NCBI GenBank assembly: GCA_963749705.1 | Contig: CAVVNQ010000002.1 | Span: 96,001-160,000 of the forward strand | DNA: 64,000 nt | Origin: an uncultured Chloroflexia bacterium | Lineage (GTDB): Bacteria; Chloroflexota; Limnocylindria; Limnocylindrales; CSP1-4 | Direction of reading: 5' to 3' | Notes under the pieces: model-generated | Databases searched by the model: none | Seen by the model: only the letters and a program-made list of their open reading frames with translations | What the model was told of the DNA's origin: nothing | Made by a program: the position numbers and the translations under genes | In this document: positions 59,399-64,000 of the stretch, in pieces | Layout of the letters: every line of letters starts with the position of its first letter | Numbering within the stretch: the stretch's first letter is position 1

Positions 59399-61315
59399 AT
59401 GCCCTCGACGTTCACCCACAGCGCCGCATCCGCGCGCGTCCGAGAGGACCTGCGCAACGTCGCCATCGTGGCCCACGTCGACCACGGCAAGACGACCCTG
59501 GTCGACGCGATGCTCCGTCAGACGGGGGTGTTCCGCGACAACCAGGCGGTCGTCGATCGCGTGATGGACTCGATGGACCTCGAGCGTGAGAAGGGCATCA
59601 CGATCCTGGCCAAGCAGACGAGCATCGAGGTCGGCGGCGTCCGGCTCAACATCGTGGACACGCCCGGCCACGCGGACTTCGGCGGCGAGGTCGAGCGCAG
59701 CCTGCTGATGGTGGACGCGATCCTGCTCCTGGTCGATGCCTCCGAGGGCCCGCTGCCGCAGACCCGCTACGTGCTCCAGAAGGCGATGGCGCGCCGGCTG
59801 CCGGTGGTCGTCGCGCTCAACAAGATCGATCGCAGCGACGCCCGGCCGGCGGAGGTCCTGGACGACGTCTACGAGCTGTTCATGGACCTCGGGGCGGACG
59901 AGCACCAGATCGAGTTCCCGGTGGTCTACACGAACGCCAAGCGCGGCACGGCGACCCTCGACGTCGACGTCCCGGGCACGGACCTGCGGCCGCTGCTCGA
60001 CCTGCTGGTCGAGGTCACGCCGGCGCCGGTGTTCGAGCCCGGGCACCCCCTGCAGCTGCTGGTGACCAACCTGTCCGCCAACGACTACGTGGGTCGGATG
60101 GCCGTGGGCCGGATCCGCAACGGGACGATCCGGGTCGGCCAGCGGATCGCCGTGCTTCGCGAGGAGGCGGACGACACCTCCGGCGCCATCGAGCCCGGTC
60201 GCACGGTGACGCTGTCGGGGACCGTGACCAGCCTCCAGACCGCGAGCGGCGTGGAGCGCGTGGACATCCCCGAGGCCGGCCCGGGCGAGATCGTCTCGGT
60301 CGCGGGCCTGCCCGAGGTCACGATCGGCGACACGATCACGGATCCCGGCGATCCACGGCCGCTGCCGCGCCTCGATGTGGACGCGCCGACGCTGCGGATG
60401 ACGTTCGGCGTCAACACCTCGCCGCTCGGCGGCCGCGACGGCAAGTTCGTCACGTCGCGCCAGATCAAGGCCCGGCTCGAGCGCGAGGTCCTGGGCAACG
60501 TCTCGATCGAGGTCTACCCGACCGACTCCGGCGACACGTTCGAGGTCCGCGGCCGTGGCGAGCTCCAGCTCGCCGTGCTGATCGAGCAGATGCGCCGCGA
60601 GGGCTACGAGCTCACCGTCAGCCGGCCCGAGGTCATCCTGCGCACCGTCAACGGCGAGGTCCAGGAGCCGTACGAGCGGATCACGATCGACATCCCCCCC
60701 GACTACATCGGCGAGGTCCAGCAGGCGCTGGCGGGGCGCAAGGGTCGGCTCGAGCAGATGACCACGGACGCCGACGGACGGGTGCGGCTGGAGTTCGTGC
60801 TCCCGGTCCGCGGACTGATCGGGTACCGCGGCCAGCTGCTCACCGACACGCGCGGGACCGCGCTGCTCCACCAGATCGGCGAGGGCTACGGCCCGTGGGC
60901 GGGCGACGTGACCCACCGCACCAACGGGGTCCTGGTGAGCGACCGGACCGGGGTCTCGAATGCCTACGGGCTGTTCAACCTCCAGGAGCGCTCGGAGCTG
61001 CTGATCGGGGCCGGCGAGGACGTGTACGAGGGGATGATCGTCGGGGAGAACGCGCGGTCGGGTGACATGGACGTCAACGCGACCAAGGAGAAGAAGCTGA
61101 CCAACATCCGGACGCATGCCCACGACGAGGCGCTGCGGCTGACCCCGCCGCGCCCACTGACCCTCGAGAGCGCGATCGAGTTCATCGGGACCGACGAGCT
61201 GGTCGAGGTCACCCCGTCGGCGATCCGGCTGCGCAAGCGCCTGCTGGCCAGGCAGGATCGCGAGCGGGAGCGCGGCCGGGCGTACGAGCAGGCACGGGCA
61301 GGCGCGAGAGGCTAG
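59399..61315 (+). CDS. typA: translational GTPase TypA/BipA (alternative start 59375)
   Basis: [52 protein letters not shown]. Confidence 0.97.
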   Translation: MPSTFTHSAASARVREDLRNVAIVAHVDHGKTTLVDAMLRQTGVFRDNQAVVDRVMDSMDLEREKGITILAKQTSIEVGGVRLNIVDTPGHADFGGEVERSLLMVDAILLLVDASEGPLPQTRYVLQKAMARRLPVVVALNKIDRSDARPAEVLDDVYELFMDLGADEHQIEFPVVYTNAKRGTATLDVDVPGTDLRPLLDLLVEVTPAPVFEPGHPLQLLVTNLSANDYVGRMAVGRIRNGTIRVGQRIAVLREEADDTSGAIEPGRTVTLSGTVTSLQTASGVERVDIPEAGPGEIVSVAGLPEVTIGDTITDPGDPRPLPRLDVDAPTLRMTFGVNTSPLGGRDGKFVTSRQIKARLEREVLGNVSIEVYPTDSGDTFEVRGRGELQLAVLIEQMRREGYELTVSRPEVILRTVNGEVQEPYERITIDIPPDYIGEVQQALAGRKGRLEQMTTDADGRVRLEFVLPVRGLIGYRGQLLTDTRGTALLHQIGEGYGPWAGDVTHRTNGVLVSDRTGVSNAYGLFNLQERSELLIGAGEDVYEGMIVGENARSGDMDVNATKEKKLTNIRTHAHDEALRLTPPRPLTLESAIEFIGTDELVEVTPSAIRLRKRLLARQDRERERGRAYEQARAGARG

Positions 61316-61398
61316 TCAGGCTGGTCTCACCACGGACCGGCGCCGCGACGGCCGTGCCGGGGGAGCCCCGCGGGACCCCGACGTACAATCCCGGGACC

Positions 61399-62610
61399 AT
61401 GGCGATCTACCTCGACCACGCCGCCACGACGCCGCTGCGACCCGAGGTGCTCGCGGCGATGACGCCGTACCTCGACGGCGTGTTCGGCAACCCGTCCTCG
61501 GCGCACGTGTTCGGCCGCGCCGCGCGCGAGGCGCTCGACGACGCACACGCGCGGCTCGCGCGGGCGATCGGCGGTGACCTCCGCGAGGTCGTGTTCACCA
61601 GCGGCGGCAGCGAGGCCAACAACCTGGCGCTCAAGGGCGCCGCCTGGGCCGGGCGCGCCAGGGGCCACCGGATCGTCACCACGCCGATCGAGCACCACGC
61701 CGTCGGTCACTCGCTGTCACACCTCGAGAAGTTCGGGTTCGAGGTCCACGAGGTGCCGGTGGACCGGTACGGCCGCGTGGACCCGGCGGACATCGAGCGC
61801 GCGATCACCGATCGCACGATCCTGGTCTCGGTCATGCTCGGCAACAACGAGGTGGGCACGATCCAGCCGATCGCGGACATCGCCGCGATCGTGCGGGCGC
61901 ACCGCGGGATCCTGTTCCACGTGGACGCCGTCCAGGCGGCGCCGTGGCTGGACCTCGACGTGTCGACGCTGGGCGCCGATCTGGTGGCGCTCGCTGCGCA
62001 CAAGGTCGAGGGGCCCAAGGGGACGGGGGCGCTGTGGATCCGCAAGGGCACCCACATCCTCGCCCAGCAGCACGGCGGCACGCAGGAGCGCCACCGGCGC
62101 GCCGGCACCGAGAACGTGGCCGGCGCGGTGGGCATGGCCACGGCCTTCGAGCTGCGCGCGGCCGAGCGGGCGCCGCTGGCGGCCCGCGTGCGCGAGCAGC
62201 GGGAGCGGCTCCAGGCCGCGATGCTCGCGGTCGACGGCGTCGAGCTCACGGGTCACCCGGTCGACCGCCTGCCCCACATCCTGTCCGTCATCGCGCACGG
62301 CACCGACGGCGGCTCGGTGGCCCAGGCATTGGACCTCGCCGGGATCGCCGTGTCCACCGGATCCGCGTGCACGACCGGCTCGACCGAGGTCAGCCACGTC
62401 CTGTCCGCGATGGCGTACCCGGACGAGGAGGCTCGTGGGTCGCTGCGGGTGTCGCTCGGCCGGACGACCACCGACGCCGACATCGACGAGGCGATCCGGA
62501 TCGTGCCCGGCGAGCTGCGGCGGATGATGACGGTCGGCACGGCCACCCGGCAGCCGGAGGGGTCCGTGCCCGTCCCGGTCGGACCGGGACCGGTGGTGAC
62601 CGCCACGTGA
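61399..62610 (+). CDS. iscS: cysteine desulfurase (IscS/NifS type)
   Basis: [44 protein letters not shown]. Confidence 0.93.
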   Translation: MAIYLDHAATTPLRPEVLAAMTPYLDGVFGNPSSAHVFGRAAREALDDAHARLARAIGGDLREVVFTSGGSEANNLALKGAAWAGRARGHRIVTTPIEHHAVGHSLSHLEKFGFEVHEVPVDRYGRVDPADIERAITDRTILVSVMLGNNEVGTIQPIADIAAIVRAHRGILFHVDAVQAAPWLDLDVSTLGADLVALAAHKVEGPKGTGALWIRKGTHILAQQHGGTQERHRRAGTENVAGAVGMATAFELRAAERAPLAARVREQRERLQAAMLAVDGVELTGHPVDRLPHILSVIAHGTDGGSVAQALDLAGIAVSTGSACTTGSTEVSHVLSAMAYPDEEARGSLRVSLGRTTTDADIDEAIRIVPGELRRMMTVGTATRQPEGSVPVPVGPGPVVTAT

Positions 62611-63806
62611 GCCGGATCCTGGTCGCGATGTCAGGCGGCGTCAATTCATCGGTCGCCGCGGCGATCCTCCACCAGCAGGGGCACGAGGTGGTCGGCGTGT
62701 GGATGCGGCTCCACGAGGTCGCCGACAGCTACTCCGAGTTCCGCAAGAGCTGCTGCTCCGCCGACGCCGCCGACGATGCCCGCCGGGTGGCCGCGCGGCT
62801 CGGGATCCCGTTCTACGTGATGAACCTCGAGCGCGAGTTCGCGGCGGGCGTGATCGAGCCGTTCATCGCGGCCTATCTCGGCGGCCGGACGCCCAGCCCG
62901 TGCGTCGACTGCAACAGCTACGTCAAGTTCGGGGCGTTGCTGGGCAAGGCGCGGCACCTGTACCAGTGCGAGGCCGTGGCGACCGGGCACTACGCGCGGC
63001 GGGTGGTGGTCGACACGCCCGACGGACCGCGGGCGACGCTCGCCCGGGCGGCCGACGCGGACAAGGACCAGACGTACTTCCTGTACGGGCTCAGGCAGGA
63101 CCAGCTGTGGCACAGCCGGTTCCCGCTGGGCGACCTGACCAAGCCCGAGGTTCGGGACATCGCGAGGTCGCTGGACCTGGTCACCGCGGACAAGCCCGAG
63201 AGCCAGGAGATCTGCTTCGTCCCGGGTGGCGACTACCGCGACGAGCTGCGGACGCGCGGCGGCTGGACGCCCGAGCCCGGGCCCGTGTACGACGCCGACG
63301 GGAGACGAGTGGGGGAGCACGACGGGTCCGCCGGCTACACCGTGGGCCAGCGGAAGGGCATCGGCGTCGCGCTGGGTGAGCCGCGCTACGTGTCGCGGAT
63401 CGACCCCGCCACCAATGCCATCGTGCTCGGCCGCCGGGAAGACCTCGAGACGCGCGAGATCCCGCTGGAGGGGGGCACCTTCGTCGCCGGCGAGCCGCCA
63501 GCTGGACGGGGACCCGACGGCGCCCGGCGGTCGTTCCGTGCCCTTGTCCGGATCCGTCACCGGGCGCCGCTGATCGAGGCGGAGGTCCACCCGGCGTCCG
63601 CCGACGAGCCCGCACGGGGCGGCCGCTGGATCGTGCGGACGGAGCGTCCGGTGTGGGCGATCGCGCCGGGCCAGGCATGCGTGCTCTATGACGGGCACAC
63701 GTGCCTCGGTGGTGGGCGCATCGCGTCAGCGGCGGCAGCCGGCGCGCCGGACGCCCGACCCGGCACCGAGGCCGGCGCGCCATCGCTCGTGTCCGGGCCG
63801 GCATGA
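62607..63806 (+). CDS. mnmA: tRNA 2-thiouridylase MnmA; PP-loop Asp encoded as Asn
   Basis: AMSGGVNSS (canonical SGGVDSS), [42 protein letters not shown]. Confidence 0.96.
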   Translation: MSRILVAMSGGVNSSVAAAILHQQGHEVVGVWMRLHEVADSYSEFRKSCCSADAADDARRVAARLGIPFYVMNLEREFAAGVIEPFIAAYLGGRTPSPCVDCNSYVKFGALLGKARHLYQCEAVATGHYARRVVVDTPDGPRATLARAADADKDQTYFLYGLRQDQLWHSRFPLGDLTKPEVRDIARSLDLVTADKPESQEICFVPGGDYRDELRTRGGWTPEPGPVYDADGRRVGEHDGSAGYTVGQRKGIGVALGEPRYVSRIDPATNAIVLGRREDLETREIPLEGGTFVAGEPPAGRGPDGARRSFRALVRIRHRAPLIEAEVHPASADEPARGGRWIVRTERPVWAIAPGQACVLYDGHTCLGGGRIASAAAAGAPDARPGTEAGAPSLVSGPA

Positions 63807-64000
63807 TCATTCCGACCGCGCTGCCGCTGGCGCTGCTGGTCGGCCTGTTCCACACCGCGCTGTACGTCCTCATCCGGGGTGACGCGGGCAGTCGCCTGCC
63901 GCTCACCTACCTGGCCGCCGTGCTGGGTGCCTGGGCGGGCGCGGCGATCGGCGGCCGGATCGGGCTCGACATCCTCGCGATCGGCGACTTCCAGCTGATC
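63803..64000 (+). CDS. small membrane protein, 3'-truncated by window edge
   Basis: ATG overlaps the mnmA stop; [21 protein letters not shown]... is hydrophobic and open to the window end. Confidence 0.7.
   Translation, partial: MIIPTALPLALLVGLFHTALYVLIRGDAGSRLPLTYLAAVLGAWAGAAIGGRIGLDILAIGDFQLI

Overview
High-GC bacterial chromosomal window, by inference from Chloroflexota (possibly a Limnocylindria/Ellin6529-like lineage). It is almost all housekeeping: ychF, archaeal-type proS, a MrfAB/YprAB-like helicase-nuclease pair, two NfeD-SPFH operons, a tRNA(CAT), ftsH, ppa, thpR, trpB2, tyrA, comM-dprA-topA-xerC, murJ-fem-fem-murE, relA, hisS-aspS, typA and iscS-mnmA. I saw no CRISPR array, transposase or prophage. 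The strongest anomaly is that two unrelated, otherwise intact enzymes, TopA (ITYMRT-N-ST) and MnmA (SGGV-N-SS), each encode Asn at a normally invariant active-site Asp. Both use the codon AAT in a shared C-AAT-TC-NN-CGG context, and both create an N-x-S/T sequon. This hints at an Asn-to-Asp editing or recoding system, although a systematic sequencing artefact is not excluded. Other notable signals are a uORF plus long hairpin that looks like a translational attenuator of proS, many apparently leaderless genes, an orphan DnaB-like ATPase followed by a REP-like hairpin element, a flotillin with an extra C-terminal domain, and a MurE with a non-DAP specificity motif. All calls were made by eye from motifs; no searches were run.
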